Assembly: GCA_964016885.1 (NCBI GenBank)
Contig: OZ024740.1
Span: forward strand, 265,546,001 to 265,610,000
DNA length: 64,000 bases
Source: Eledone cirrhosa
Taxonomy: Eukaryota
Direction: 5' to 3'
In this document: positions 29,401 to 44,404 of the stretch, one piece after another
Layout: each line of letters starts with the position of its first letter
How positions within the stretch are numbered: the first letter of the stretch is position 1
Program-made: the position numbers and the translations under genes
The notes under the pieces: generated by a model
Seen by the model: only the letters and a program-made list of their open reading frames with translations
Databases searched by the model: none
Told to the model about the DNA's origin: nothing

Positions 29401-32400
29401 CGTCTGCTGTTTCTATCTACCTAGCCAACACATATCGTCTGCTGTTTCTATCTGACTTGCCAACACTTATCGTCTGATGTTTCTATCCACCTAGCCAACA
29501 CTTATCGTCTGCTGTTTCTATCCCCCTAGCCAACACTTATCGTCTGCTGTTTCTATCCACCTAGCCAACACTTATCGTCTGCTGTTTCTATCCACCTAGC
29601 CAACACTTATCGTCTGCTGTTTCTATCCACCTAGCCAACACCTATCGTCTGCTGTTTCTATCCACCTAGCCAACACCTATCGTTTGCTTTTTCTATCTAC
29701 CTAGCCAACACTTATCGTCTGTTGTTTCTATCCACCTAGCCAACACTTATCGTCTGCTGTTTCTTTCCACTCGGACAACACTTATCGTCTGCTGCTTCTA
29801 TCCACCTAGCCAACACTTATCAACTGCTGTTTCTATCCACCTAGCCAACACTTATCGTCTGCTTTTTCTATCCACCTAGCCGACACTTATCGTCTGCTGT
29901 TTCTATCCACCTAGCCAACACTTATCGTCTGCTGTTTCTCTCCACCTAGCCAACACTTATCGTCTGCTGTTTCTATCCACCTAGACAACACTTATCGTCT
30001 GCTGTTTCTATCCACCTAGCCAACACATATCGTCTGCTGTTTCTATCTGACTTGCCAACACTTATCGTCTGCTGTTTCTATCCTCTCAGTCAAGACTTAT
30101 CGTCTGCTGTTTCTATCCATTCAGCCAACACTTATCGTCTGCTGTTCCTATCCACCTAGCCAACACTTACCGTCTGCTGTTTCTATCCACTCAGCCAACA
30201 CATATCGTCTGCTGTTTCTATCCACCTAGCCAACACTTATCGTCTGCTGTTTCTATCCACCTAGCCAACACTTATCGTCTGCTGATTCTATCCACCTAGC
30301 CAACACTTATCGTCTGCTGATTATATACACCTAGCCCACACTTATCGTCTGACATTTCTATCCGCCTTGCCAACACTTATCGTCTGCTATTTCTATCCAC
30401 CTAGCCAACACTTATAGTCTGCTGTTTCTATCCACCTAGCCAACACTTATCGTCTGCTGTTTCTATCCACGTAGTCAACACTTATCGTCTGCTGTTTCTA
30501 TCCACTCAGTCAAGACTTATCGTCTGCTGTTTCTATCCATTCAGCCAACACTTATCGTCTGCTGTTTCTATCCACCTAGCCAACACTTATCGGCTGCTGT
30601 TTCTATCCACGTAGCCAACTCTTATCGTCTGCTGTTTCTATCCACCTAGCCAACTCTTATCGTCTGCTGTTTCTCTCCATTCAGCCAACACTTATCGTCT
30701 GCTGTTTCTATCCACCTAGCCAACACTTATAGTCTGCTGTTTCTATCCACCTAGCCAACACTTAACGTCTGCTGTTTCTATCCACCTAGCCAACACTTAT
30801 CGTCTGCTGTTTCTATCCACCTAGCCAATACCTATCGTCTGCTGTTTCTATCCACCTAGCCAACACTTATCAACTGCTGTTTCTATCAACCTAACCAACA
30901 CTTATCGTCTGCTTTTTCTATCCACCTAGACTACACTTATCGTCTACTGTTTCTATCCACCTATCCAACACTTATCGTCTGCTGTATCTATCCACCTAGC
31001 CAACACTTATCGTCTGCTGTTTCAATCCACCTAGCCAACACTTATCGTCTGATGTTTCTATCCATTCAGCCAACACTTATCGTCTGCTGTTTCTATCCAC
31101 CTAGCCAACACTTATCGTCTGCTGTTTCTATCCACCTAGCCAACACTTATCGTCTGCTGTTTCTCTCCATTCAGCCAACACTTATCGTTTGCTGTTTATA
31201 TCCACCTAGGCAACACTTATCGTCTGCTGTTTCTATCCACCTAGCCAACACTTATCGTCTGCTGTTTCTATCCACCTAGCCAACACCTATCGTCTGCTGT
31301 TTCTATCCACCTAGCCAACACGTATCGTCTGCTGTTTCTATCCACCTAGCCAACAATTATCGTCTGATGTTTCTATCCACCTAGCCAACACTTATCGTCT
31401 GTTGTTTCTATCCACCTAGCCAACACTTATCGTCTGCTGTTTCTTTCCACTCAGACAACACTTATCACCTGCTGCTTCTATCCACCTAGACAACACTTAT
31501 CGTCTGCTGTTTCTATCCACCTAGCCAACACATATCATCTGCTGTTTCTATCCACCTAGCCAACACTTATCGTCTGCTGTTTCTATCCACCTAGCCAACA
31601 CTTATCGTCTGTTGTTTCTATCCACCTAGCCAACACTTATCGTCTGCTGTTTCTTTCCACTCAGACAACACTTATCGTCTGCTGTTTCTATCCACCTAGA
31701 CAACACTTATCGTCTGCTGTTTCTATCCACCTAGCCAACACATATCGTCTGCTGTTTCTATCTGACTTGCCAACACTTATCGTCTGATGTTTCTATCCAC
31801 CTAGACAACACTTATCGTCTGCTGTTTCTATCCACCTAGCCAACACATATCGTCTGCTGTTTCTATCTGACTTGCCAACACTTATCGTCTGCTGTTTCTA
31901 TCCTCTCAGTCAAGACTTATCGTCTGCTGTTTCTATCCATTCAGCCAACACTTATCGTCTGCTGTTTCTATCCACCTAGCCAACACTTACCGTCTGCTGT
32001 TTCTATCCACTCAGCCAACACATATCGTCTGCTGTTTCTATCCACCTAGCCAACACTTATCGTCTGCTGTTTCTATCCACCTAGCCAACACTTATCGTCT
32101 GCTGATTCTATCCACCTAGCCAACACTTATCGTCTGCTGATTATATACACCTAGCCCACACTTATCGTCTGACATTTCTATCCGCCTTGCCAACACTTAT
32201 CGTCTGCTATTTCTATCCACCTAGCCAACACTTATAGTCTGCTGTTTCTATCCACCTAGCCAACACTTATCGTCTGCTGTTTCTATCCACGTAGTCAACA
32301 CTTATCGTCTGCTGTTTCTATCCACTCAGTCAAGACTTATCGTCTGCTGTTTCTATCCATTCAGCCAACACTTATCGTCTGCTGTTTCTATCCACCTAGC

Positions 32401-35400
32401 CAACACTTATCGGCTGCTGTTTCTATCCACGTAGCCAACTCTTATCGTCTGCTGTTTCTATCCACCTAGCCAACTCTTATCGTCTGCTGTTTCTCTCCAT
32501 TCAGCCAACACTTATCGTCTGCTGTTTCTATCCACCTAGCCAACACTTATAGTCTGCTGTTTCTATCCACCTAGCCAACACTTAACGTCTGCTGTTTCTA
32601 TCCACCTAGCCAACACTTATCGTCTGCTGTTTCTATCCACCTAGCCAATACCTATCGTCTGCTGTTTCTATCCACCTAGCCAACACTTATCAACTGCTGT
32701 TTCTATCAACCTAGCCAACACTTATCGTCTGCTTTTTCTATCCACCTAGACTACACTTATCGTCTACTGTTTCTATCCACCTATCCAACACTTATCGTCT
32801 GCTGTATCTATCCACCTAGCCAACACTTATCGTCTGCTGTTTCAATCCACCTAGCCAACACTTATCGTCTGATGTTTCTATCCATTCAGCCAACACTTAT
32901 CGTCTGCTGTTTCTATCCACCTAGCCAACACTTATCGTCTGCTGTTTCTATCCACCTAGCCAACACTTATCGTCTGCTGTTTCTCTCCATTCAGCCAACA
33001 CTTATCGTTTGCTGTTTATATCCACCTAGGCAACACTTATCGTCTGCTGTTTCTATCCACCTAGCCAACACTTATCGTCTGCTGTTTCTATCCACCTAGC
33101 CAACACCTATCGTCTGCTGTTTCTATCCACCTAGCCAACACGTATCGTCTGCTGTTTCTATCCACCTAGCCAACAATTATCGTCTGATGTTTCTATCCAC
33201 CTAGCCAACACTTATCGTCTGTTGTTTCTATCCACCTAGCCAACACTTATCGTCTGCTGTTTCTTTCCACTCAGACAACACTTATCACCTGCTGCTTCTA
33301 TCCACCTAGACAACACTTATCGTCTGCTGTTTCTATCCACCTAGCCAACACATATCATCTGCTGTTTCTATCCACCTAGCCAACACTTATCGTCTGCTGT
33401 TTCTATCCACCTAGCCAACACTTATCGTCTGTTGTTTCTATCCACCTAGCCAACACTTATCGTCTGCTGTTTCTTTCCACTCAGACAACACTTATCGTCT
33501 GCTGTTTCTATCCACCTAGACAACACTTATCGTCTGCTGTTTCTATCCACCTAGCCAACACATATCGTCTGCTGTTTCTATCTGACTTGCCAACACTTAT
33601 CGTCTGATGTTTCTATCCACCTAGCCAACACTTATCGTCTGCTGTTTCTATCCCCCTAGCCAACACTTATCGTCTGCTGTTTCTATCCACCTAGCCAACA
33701 CTTATCGTCTGCTGTTTCTATCCACCTAGCGAACACTTATCGTCTGCTGTTTCTATCCTCTCAGTTAAGACTTATCGTCTGTTGTTTCTATCCATTCAGC
33801 CAACACTTATCGTCTGCTGTTTCTATCCACCTAGCCAACACTTACCGTCTGCTGTTTCTATCCACTCAGCCAACACATATCGTCTGCTGTTTCTATCCAC
33901 CTAGCCAACACTTATCGTCTGCTGTTTCTATCCACCTAGCCAACACTTATCGTCTGCTGATTCTATCCACCTAGCCAACACTTATCGTCTGCTAATTATA
34001 TCCACGTAGCCAACACTTATCGTCTGACATTTCTATCCGCCTTGCCAACACTTATCGTCTGCTGTTTCTATCCAGCTAGCCAACACTTATCGTCTGCTGT
34101 TTCTATCCACCTAGCCAACACTTATCGTCTGCTGTTTCTATCCACGTAGCCAACACTTATCGTCTGCTGTTTCTATCCACTCAGTCAAGACTTATCGTCT
34201 GCTGTTTATATCCATTCAGCCAACACTCATCGTCTGCTGTTTCTATCCACCTAGCCAACACTTATCGGCTGCTGTTTCTATCCACGTAGCCAACACTTAT
34301 CGTCTGCTGTTTCTATCCACCTAGCCAACGCTTATCGTCTGCTGTTTCTCTCCATTCAGCCAACACTTATCGTCTGCTGTTTCTATCCAGCTAGCCAAAA
34401 CTTATAGTCTGCTGTTTCTATCCACCTAGCCAAAACTTAACGTCTGCTGTTTCTATCCACCTAGCCAACACTTATCGTCTGCTGTTTCTATCCACCTAGC
34501 CAATACCTATCGTCTGCTGTTTCTATCCACCTAGCCAACACTTATCAACTGCTGTTTCTATCCACCTAGCCAACACTTATCGTCTGCTTTTTCTATCCAC
34601 CTAGCCGACACTTATCGTCTACTGTTTCTATCCACCTATCCAACACTTATCGTCTGATGTTTCTATCCATTCAGCCAACACTTATCGTCTGCTGTTTCTA
34701 TCCACCTAGCCAACACTTATCGTCTGCTGTTTCTATCCACCTAGCCAACACTTATCGTCTGCTGTTTCTCTCCATTCAGCCAACACTTATCGTTTGCTGT
34801 TTATATCCACCTAGGCAACACTTATCGTCTGCTGTTTCTATCCACCTAGCCAACACTTATCGTCTGCTGTTTCTATCCACCTAGCCAACACCTATCGTCT
34901 GCTGTTTCTATCCACCTAGCCAACACGTATCGTCTGCTGTTTCTATCCACATAGCCAACACTTATCGTCTGCTGTTTCTATCCACCGAGCCAACACTTAT
35001 CGTCTGCTGTTTCTTTCCACTCAGACAACACTTATCGCCTGCTGCTTCTATCCACCTAGACAACACTTATCGTCTGCTGTTTCTATCCACCTAGCCAACA
35101 CATATCATCTGCTGTTTCTATCTGACTTGCCAACACTTATCGTCAGATGTTTCTATCCACCTAGCCAACACGTATCGTCTGCTGTTTCTATCCACCTAGC
35201 CAACACTTATCGTCTGCTGTTTCTATCCACCTAGCCAACACTTATCGTCTGTTGTTTCTATCCACCTAGCCAACACTTATCGTCTGCTGTTTCGTTCCAC
35301 TCAGACAACACTTATCGTCTGCTGTTTCTATCCACCTAGACAACACTTATCCTCTGCTGTTTCTATCCACCTAGCCAACACATATCGTCTGCTGTTTCTA

Positions 35401-35900
35401 TCTGACTTGCCAACACTTCTCGTCTGATGTTTCTATCCACCTAGCCAACACTTATCGTCTGCTGTTTCTATCCCCCTAGCCAACACTTATCGTCTGCTGT
35501 TTCTATCCACCTAGCCAACACTTATCGTCTGCTGTTTCTATCCACCTAGCGAACACTTATCGTCTGCTGTTTCTATCCTCTCAGTCAAGACTTATCGTCT
35601 GTTGTTTCTATCCATTCAGCCAACACTTATCGTCTGCTGTTTCTATCCACCTAGCCAACACTTACAGTCTGCTGTTTCTATCCACTCAGCCAACACATAT
35701 CGTCTGCTGTTTCTATCCACCTAGCCAACACTTATCGTCTGCTGTTTCTATCCACCTAGCCAACACTTATCGTCTGCTGATTCTATCCACCTAGCCAACA
35801 CTTATCGTCTGCTAATTATATCCACGTAGCCAACACTTATCGTCTGACATTTCTATCCGCCTTGCCAACACTTATCGTCTGCTGTTTCTATCCACCTAGC
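26499..35900 (+). repeat. Copy 2 of the 9519-bp-offset tandem duplication
   Basis: Variant order matches 16980-26381; only about 6 substitutions noticed by eye between the copies. Confidence 0.95.
29968..33624 (+). repeat. Nested tandem duplication of 1820 bp (52 monomers) inside the 9.5-kb copy 2
   Basis: Same markers at +9519; ORFs 31052/32872. Confidence 0.92.
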
Positions 35901-38900
35901 CAACACTTATCGTCTGCTGTTTCTATCCACCTAGCCAACACTTATCGTCTGCTGTTTCTATCCACGTAGCCAACACTTATCGTCTGCTGTTTCTATCCAC
36001 TCAGTCAAGACTTATCGTCTGCTGTTTATATCCATTCAGCCAACACTTATCGTCTGCTGTTTCTATCCACCTAGCCAACACTTATCCGCTGCTGTTTCTA
36101 TCCACGTAGCCAACACTTATCGTCTGCTGTTTCTATCCACCTAGCCAACTCTTATCGTCTGCTGTTTCTCTCCATTCAGCCAACACTTATCGTCTGCTGT
36201 TTCTATCCACCTAGCCAACACTTATAGTCTACTGTTTCTATCCACCTAGCCAACACTTAACGTCTGCTGTTTCTATCCACCTAGCCAACACTTATCGTCT
36301 GCTGTTTCTATCCACCTAGCCAATACCTATCGTCTGCTGTTTCTATCCACCTAGTCAACACTTATCAACTGCTGTTTCTATCCACCTAGCCAACACTTAT
36401 CGTCTGCTTTTTCTATCCACCTAGCCGACACTTATCGTCTACTGTTTCTAACCACCTATCCAACACTTATCGTCTGCTGTATCTATCCACCTAGCCAACA
36501 CTTATCGTCTGCTGTTTCAATCCACCTAGCCAACACTTATCGTCTGATGTTTCTATCCATTCAGCCAACACTTATCGTTTGCTGTTTATATCCACCTAGC
36601 CAACACTTATCGTCTGCTGTTTCTATCCACCTAGCCAACACTTATCGTCTGCTGTTTCTATCCACCTAGCCAACACCTATCGTCTGCTGTTTCTATCCAC
36701 CTAGCCAACACGTATCGTCTGCTGTTTCTATCCACCTAGCCAACACTTATCGTCTGCTGTTTCTATCCACCTAGCCAACACTTATCGTCTGTTGTTTCTA
36801 TCCACCTAGCCAACACTTATCGTCTGCTGTTTCTTTCCACTCAGACAACACTTATCGCCTGCTGCTTCTATCCACCTAGCCAACACTTATCAACTGCTGT
36901 TTCTATCCACCTAGCCAACACTTATCGTCTGCTTTTTCTATCCACCTAGCCGACACTTATCGTCTGCTGTTTCTATCCACCTAGCCAACACTTATCGTCT
37001 GCTGTTTCTCTCCACGTAGCCAACACTTATCGTCTGCTGTTTCTATCCACCTAGACAACACTTTTCGTCTGCTGTTTCTATCCACCTAGCCAACACATAT
37101 CGTCTGCTGTTTCTATCTGACTTGCCAACACTTATCGTCTTATGTTTCTATCCACCTAGCCAACACTTATCGTCTGCTGTTTCTATCCACCTAGCCAACA
37201 CTTATCGTCTGCTGTTTCTATCCACCTAGCCAACACTTATCGTCTGCTGTTTCTATCCACCTAGCGAACACTTATCGTCTGCTGTTTCTATCCACTCAGT
37301 CAAGACTTATGGTCTGCTGTTTCTATCCATTCAGCCAAGACTTATCATCTGCTGTTTCTATCCACTCAACCAACACTTATCGTCTGCTGTTTCTATCCAC
37401 CTAGCCAACACTTACCGTCTGCTGTTTCTATCCACTCAGCCAACACATATCGTCTGCTGTTTCTATCCACCTAGCCAACACTTATAGTCTACTGTTTCTA
37501 TCCACCTAGCCAACACTTAACGTCTGCTGTTTCTATCCACCTAGCCAACACTTATCGTCTGCTGTTTCTATCCACCTAGCCAATACCTATCGTCTGCTGT
37601 TTCTATCCACCTAGTCAACACTTATCAACTGCTGTTTCTATCCACCTAGCCAACACTTATCGTCTGCTTTTTCTATCCACCTAGCCGACACTTATCGTCT
37701 ACTGTTTCTAACCACCTATCCAACACTTATCGTCTGCTGTATCTATCCACCTAGCCAACACTTATCGTCTGCTTTTTCTATCCACCTAGCCGACACTTAT
37801 CGTCTACTGTTTCTAACCACCTATCCAACACTTATCGTCTGCTGTATCTATCCACCTAGCCAACACTTATCGTCTGCTGTTTCAATCCACCTAGCCAACA
37901 CTTATCGTCTGATGTTTCTATCCATTCAGCCAACACTTATCGTTTGCTGTTTCTATCCACTCAACCAACACTTATCGTCTGCTGTTTCTATCCACCTAGC
38001 CAACACTTACCGTCTGCTGTTTCTATCCACTCAGCCAACACATATCGTCTGCTGTTTCTATCCACCTAGCCAACACTTATCGTCTGCTGTTTCTATCCAC
38101 CTAGCCAACACTTATCTTCTGATGTTTCTATCCATTCAGCCAACACTTATCGTCTGCTGTTTCTATCCACCTAGCCAACATTTATCGTCTGCTGTTTCTC
38201 TCCATTCAGCCAACACTTATCGTTTGCTGTTTATATCCACCTAGCCAACACTTATCGTCTGCTGTTTCTATCCACCTAGCCAACACTTAATGTCTGCTGT
38301 TTCTATCCACCTAGCCAACACTTATCGTCTGCTGTTTCTATCCACCTAGCCAATACCTATCGTCTGCTGTTTCTATCCACCTAGTCAACACTTATCAACT
38401 GCTGTTTCTATCCACCTAGCCAACACTTATCGTCTGCTTTTTCTATCCACCTAGCCGACACTTATCGTCTACTGTTTCTATCCACCTATCCAACACTTAT
38501 CGTCTGCTGTTTCTCTCCATTCAGCCAACACTTATCATTTGCTGTTTATATCCACCTAGCCAACACTTATCGTCTGATGTTTCTATCCATTCAGCCAACA
38601 CTTATCGTCTGCTGTTTCTATCCACCTAGCCAACACTTATCGTCTGCTGTTTCTATCCACCTAGCCAACACTTATCGTCTGCTGTTTCTCTCCATTCAGC
38701 CAACACTTATCATTTGATGTTTATATCCACGTAGCCAACACTTATCGTCTGCTGTTTCTATCCACCTAGCCAACACTAATCGTCTGCTGTTTCTATCCAC
38801 CTAGCCAACACCTATCGTCTGCTGTTTCTATCCACCTAGCCAACACGTATCGTCTGCTGTTTCTATCCACCTAGCCAACACTTATCGTCTGCTGTTTCTA

Positions 38901-40867
38901 TCCACCTAGCCAACACTTATCGTCTGTTGTTTCTATCCACCTAGCCAACACTTATCGTCTGCTGTTTCTTTCCACTCAGACAACACTTATCGCCTGCTGC
39001 TTCTATCCACCTAGCCAACACTTATCAACTGCTGTTTCTATCCACCTAGCCAACACTTATCGTCTGCTTTTTCTATCCACCTAGCCGACACTTATCGTCT
39101 GCTGTTTCTATCCACCTAGCCAACACTTATCGTCTGCTGTTTCTCTCCACGTAGCCAACACTTATCGTCTGCTGTTTCTATCCACCTAGACAACACTTAT
39201 CGTCTGCTGTTTCTATCCACCTAGCCAACACATATCGTCTGCTGTTTCTATCTGACTTGCCAACACTTATCGTCTGATGTTTCTATCCACCTAGCCAACA
39301 CTTATCGTCTGCTGTTTCTATCCACCTAGCCAACACTTATCGTCTGCTGTTTCTTTCCACTCAGACAACACTTATTGCCTGCTGCTTCTATCCACCTAGC
39401 CAACACTTATCAACTGCTGTTTCTATCCACCTAGCCAACACTTATCTTCTGATGTTTCTATCCATTCAGCCAACACTTATCGTCTGCTGTTTCTATCCAC
39501 CTAGCCAACACTTATCGTCTGCTGTTTCTCTCCATTCAGCCAACACTTATCGTTTGCTGTTTATATCCACCTAGCCAACACTTATCGTCTGCTGTTTCTA
39601 TCCACCTAGCCAACACTTAACGTCTGCTGTTTCTATCCACCTAGCCAACACTTATCGTCTACTGTTTCTATCCACCTATCCAACACTTATCGTCTGCTGT
39701 TTCTATCCACCTAGCGAACACTTATCGTCTGCTGTTTCTATCCACTCAGTCAAGACTTATGGTCTGCTGTTTCTATCCATTCAGCCAACACTTATCGTCT
39801 GCTGTTTCTATCCACTCAACCAACACTTATCGTCTGCTGTTTCTATCCACCTAGCCAACACTTACCATCTGCTGTTTCTATCCACTCAGCCAACACATAT
39901 CGTCTGCTGTTTCTATCCACCTAGCCAACACTTATCGTCTGCTGTTTCTATCCACCTAGCCAACACTTATCTTCTGATGTTTCTATCCATTCAGCCAACA
40001 TTTATCGTCTGCTGTTTCTACCCACTTAGCCAACACTTATCGTCTGCTGTTTCTATCCACCTAGCCAACACTTATCGTCTGCTGTTTCTATCCACGTAGC
40101 CAACACTTATCGTCTGCTGTTTCTATCCACCTAGCCAACATTTATCGTCTGCTGTTTCTATCCACTCAGCCAACACTTATCGTCTGCTGTCTCTATCCAC
40201 CTAGCCAACACTTATCGTCTGCTTTTTCTATCCACCTAGCCAACACATATCAACTGCTGTTTCTATCCACCTAGCCAACACTTATCAACTGCTGTTTCTA
40301 TCCACCTAGCCAACACTTATCGTCTGCTTTTTCTATCCACCTAGCCGACACTTATCGTCTGCTGTTTCTATCCACCTAGCCAACACTTATCGTCTGCTGT
40401 TTCTCTCCACGTAGACAACACTTATCGTCTGCTGTTTCTATCCACCTAGACAACACTTTTCGTCTGCTGTTTCTATCCACCTAGCCAACACATATCGTCT
40501 GCTGTTTCTATCTGACTTGCCAACACTTATCGTCTGATGTTTCTATCCACCTAGCCAACACTTATCGTCTGCTGTTTCTATCCACCTAGCCAACACTTAT
40601 CGTCTGCTGTTTCTATCCACCTAGCCAACACTTATCGTCTGCTGTTTCTATCCACCTAGCGAACACTTATCGTCTGCTGTTTCTATCCACTCAGTCAAGA
40701 CTTATGGTCTGCTGTTTCTATCCATTCAGCCAACACTTATCATCTGCTGTTTCTATCCACTCAACCAACACTTATCGTCTGCTGTTTCTATCCACCTAGC
40801 CAACACTTATCGTCTGCTGTTTCTATCCACCTAGCCAACACTTATCTTCTGATGTTTCTATCCATTC

Positions 40868-43800
40868 AGCCAACACTTATCGTCTGCTGTTTCTATCCAC
40901 CTAGGCAACACTTATCGTCTGCTGTTTCTCTCCATTCAGCCAACACTTATCGTTTGCTGTTTATATCCACCTAGCCAACACTTATCGTCTGCTGTTTCTA
41001 TCCACCTAGCCAACACTTAATGTCTGCTGTTTCTATCCACCTAGCCAACCCTTATCGTCTGCTGTTTCTATCCACCTAGCCAATACCTATCGTCTGCTGT
41101 TTCTATCCACCTAGTCAACACTTATCAACTGCTGTTTCTATCCACCTAGCCGACACTTATCGTCTACTGTTTTTATCCACCTATCCAACACTTATCGTCT
41201 GTTGTATCTATCCACCTAGCCAACACTTATCGTCTGCTGTTTCAATCCACCTAGCCAACACTTATCGTCTGATGTTTCTATCCATTCAGCCAACACTTAT
41301 CGTCTGCTGTTTCTATCCACCTAGCCAACACTTATCGTCTGCTGTTTCTATCCACCTAGCCAACACTTATCGTCTGCTGTTTCTCTCCATTCAGCCAACA
41401 CTTATCGTTTGCTGTTTATATCCACCTAGCCAACACTTATCGTCTGCTGTTTCTATCCACCTAGCCAACACTAATCGTCTGCTGTTTCTATCCACCTAGC
41501 CAACACCTATCGTCTGCTGTTTCTATCCACCTAGCCAACACGTATCGTCTGCTGTTTCTATCCACCTAGCCAACACTTATCGTCTGCTGTTTCTATCCAC
41601 CTAGCCAACACTTATCGTCTGTTGTTTCTATCCACCTAGCCAACACTTATCGTCTGCTGTTTCTTTCCACTCAGACAACACTTATCGCCTGCTGCTTCTA
41701 TCCACCTAGCCAACACTTATCAACTGCTGTTTCTATCCACCTAGCCAACACTTATCGTCTGCTTTTTCTATCCACCTAGCCGACACTTATCGTCTGCTGT
41801 TTCTATCCACCTAGCCTACACTTATCGTCTGCTGTTTCTCTCCACGTAGCCAACACTTATCGTCTTCTGTTTCTATCCACCTAGACAACACTTATCGTCT
41901 GCTGTTTCTATCCACCTAGCCAACACATATCGTCTGCTGTTTCTATCTGACTTGCCAACACTTATCGTCTGATGTTTCTATCCAACTAGCCAACACTTAT
42001 CGTCTGCTGTTTCTATCCACCTAGCCAACACTTATCGCCTGCTGCTTCTATCCACCTAGCCAACACTTATCAACTGCTGTTTCTATCCACCTAGCCAACA
42101 CTTATCTTCTGATGTTTCTATCCATTCAGCCAACACTTATCGTCTGCTGTTTCTATCCACCTAGCCAACACTTATCGTCTGCTGTTTCTCTCCATTCAGC
42201 CAACACTTATCGTTTGCTGTTTATATCCACCTAGCCAACACTTATCGTCTGCTGTTTCTATCCACCTAGCCAACACTTAACGTCTGCTGTTTCTATCCAC
42301 CTAGCCAACACTTATCGTCTGCTGTTTCTATCCACCTAGCCAATACCTATCGTCTGCTGTTTCTATCCACCTAGTCAACACTTATCAACTGCTGTTTCTA
42401 TCCACCTAGCTAACACTTATCGTCTGCTTTTTCTATCCACCTAGCCGACACTTATCGTCTACTGTTTCTATCCACCTATCCAACACTTATCGTCTGTTGT
42501 ATCTATCCACCTAGCCAACACTTATCGTCTGCTCTTTCAATCCACCTAGCCAACACTTATCGTCTGATGTTTCTATCCATTCAGCCAACACTTATCGTCT
42601 GCTGTTTCTATCCACCTAGCCAACACTTATCGTCTGCTGTTTCTATCCACCTAGGCAACACTTATCGTCTGCTGTTTCTCTCCATTCAGCCAACACTTAT
42701 CGTTTGCTGTTTATATCCACCTAGCCAACACTTATCGTCTGCTGTTTCTATCCACCTAGCCAACACTTAATGTCTGCTGTTTCTATCCACCTAGCCAACC
42801 CTTATCGTCTGCTGTTTCTATCCACCTAGCCAATACCTATCGTCTGCTGTTTCTATCCACCTAGTCAACACTTATCAACTGCTGTTTCTATCCACCTAGC
42901 CGACACTTATCGTCTACTGTTTTTATCCACCTATCCAACACTTATCGTCTGTTGTATCTATCCACCTAGCCAACACTTATCGTCTGCTGTTTCAATCCAC
43001 CTAGCCAACACTTATCGTCTGATGTTTCTATCCATTCAGCCAACACTTATCGTCTGCTGTTTCTATCCACCTAGCCAACACTTATCGTCTGCTGTTTCTA
43101 TCCACCTAGCCAACACTTATCGTCTGCTGTTTCTCTCCATTCAGCCAACACTTATCGTTTGCTGTTTATATCCACCTAGCCAACACTTATCGTCTGCTGT
43201 TTCTATCCACCTAGCCAACACTAATCGTCTGCTGTTTCTATCCACCTAGCCAACACCTATCGTCTGCTGTTTCTATCCACCTAGCCAACACGTATCGTCT
43301 GCTGTTTCTATCCACCTAGCCAACACTTATCGTCTGCTGTTTCTATCCACCTAGCCAACACTTATCGTCTGTTGTTTCTATCCACCTAGCCAACACTTAT
43401 CGTCTGCTGTTTCTTTCCACTCAGACAACACTTATCGCCTGCTGCTTCTATCCACCTAGCCAACACTTATCAACTGCTGTTTCTATCCACCTAGCCAACA
43501 CTTATCGTCTGCTTTTTCTATCCACCTAGCCGACACTTATCGTCTGCTGTTTCTATCCACCTAGCCTACACTTATCGTCTGCTGTTTCTCTCCACGTAGC
43601 CAACACTTATCGTCTTCTGTTTCTATCCACCTAGACAACACTTATCGTCTGCTGTTTCTATCCACCTAGCCAACACATATCGTCTGCTGTTTCTATCTGA
43701 CTTGCCAACACTTATCGTCTGATGTTTCTATCCAACTAGCCAACACTTATCGTCTGCTGTTTCTATCCACCTAGCCAACACTTATCGCCTGCTGCTTCTA

Positions 43801-44404
43801 TCCACCTAGCCAACACTTATCAACTGCTGTTTCTATCCACCTAGCCAACACTTATCTTCTGATGTTTCTATCCATTCAGCCAACACTTATCGTCTGCTGT
43901 TTCTATCCACCTAGCCAACACTTATCGTCTGCTGTTTCTCTCCATTCAGCCAACACTTATCGTTTGCTGTTTATATCCACCTAGCCAACACTTATCGTCT
44001 GCTGTTTCTATCCACCTAGCCAACACTTAACGTCTGCTGTTTCTATCCACCTAGCCAACACTTATCGTCTGCTGTTTCTATCCACCTAGCCAATACCTAT
44101 CGTCTGCTGTTTCTATCCACCTAGTCAACACTTATCAACTGCTGTTTCTATCCACCTAGCTAACACTTATCGTCTGCTTTTTCTATCCACCTAGCCGACA
44201 CTTATCGTCTACTGTTTCTATCCACCTATCCAACACTTATCGTCTGTTGTATCTATCCACCTAGCCAACACTTATCGTCTGCTCTTTCAATCCACCTAGC
44301 CAACACTTATCGTCTGATGTTTCTATCCATTCAGCCAACACTTATCGTCTGCTGTTTCTATCCACCTAGCCAACACTTATCGTCTGCTGTTTCTATCCAC
44401 CTAG
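40868..44404 (+). repeat. Tandem duplication of 1750 bp (50 monomers)
   Basis: CTAGGCAACA at 40901/42651; CTAGCCAACCC at 41041/42791; CTAGCCTACA at 41811/43561; ORFs 41272/43022 and 42567/44317. Confidence 0.92.
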
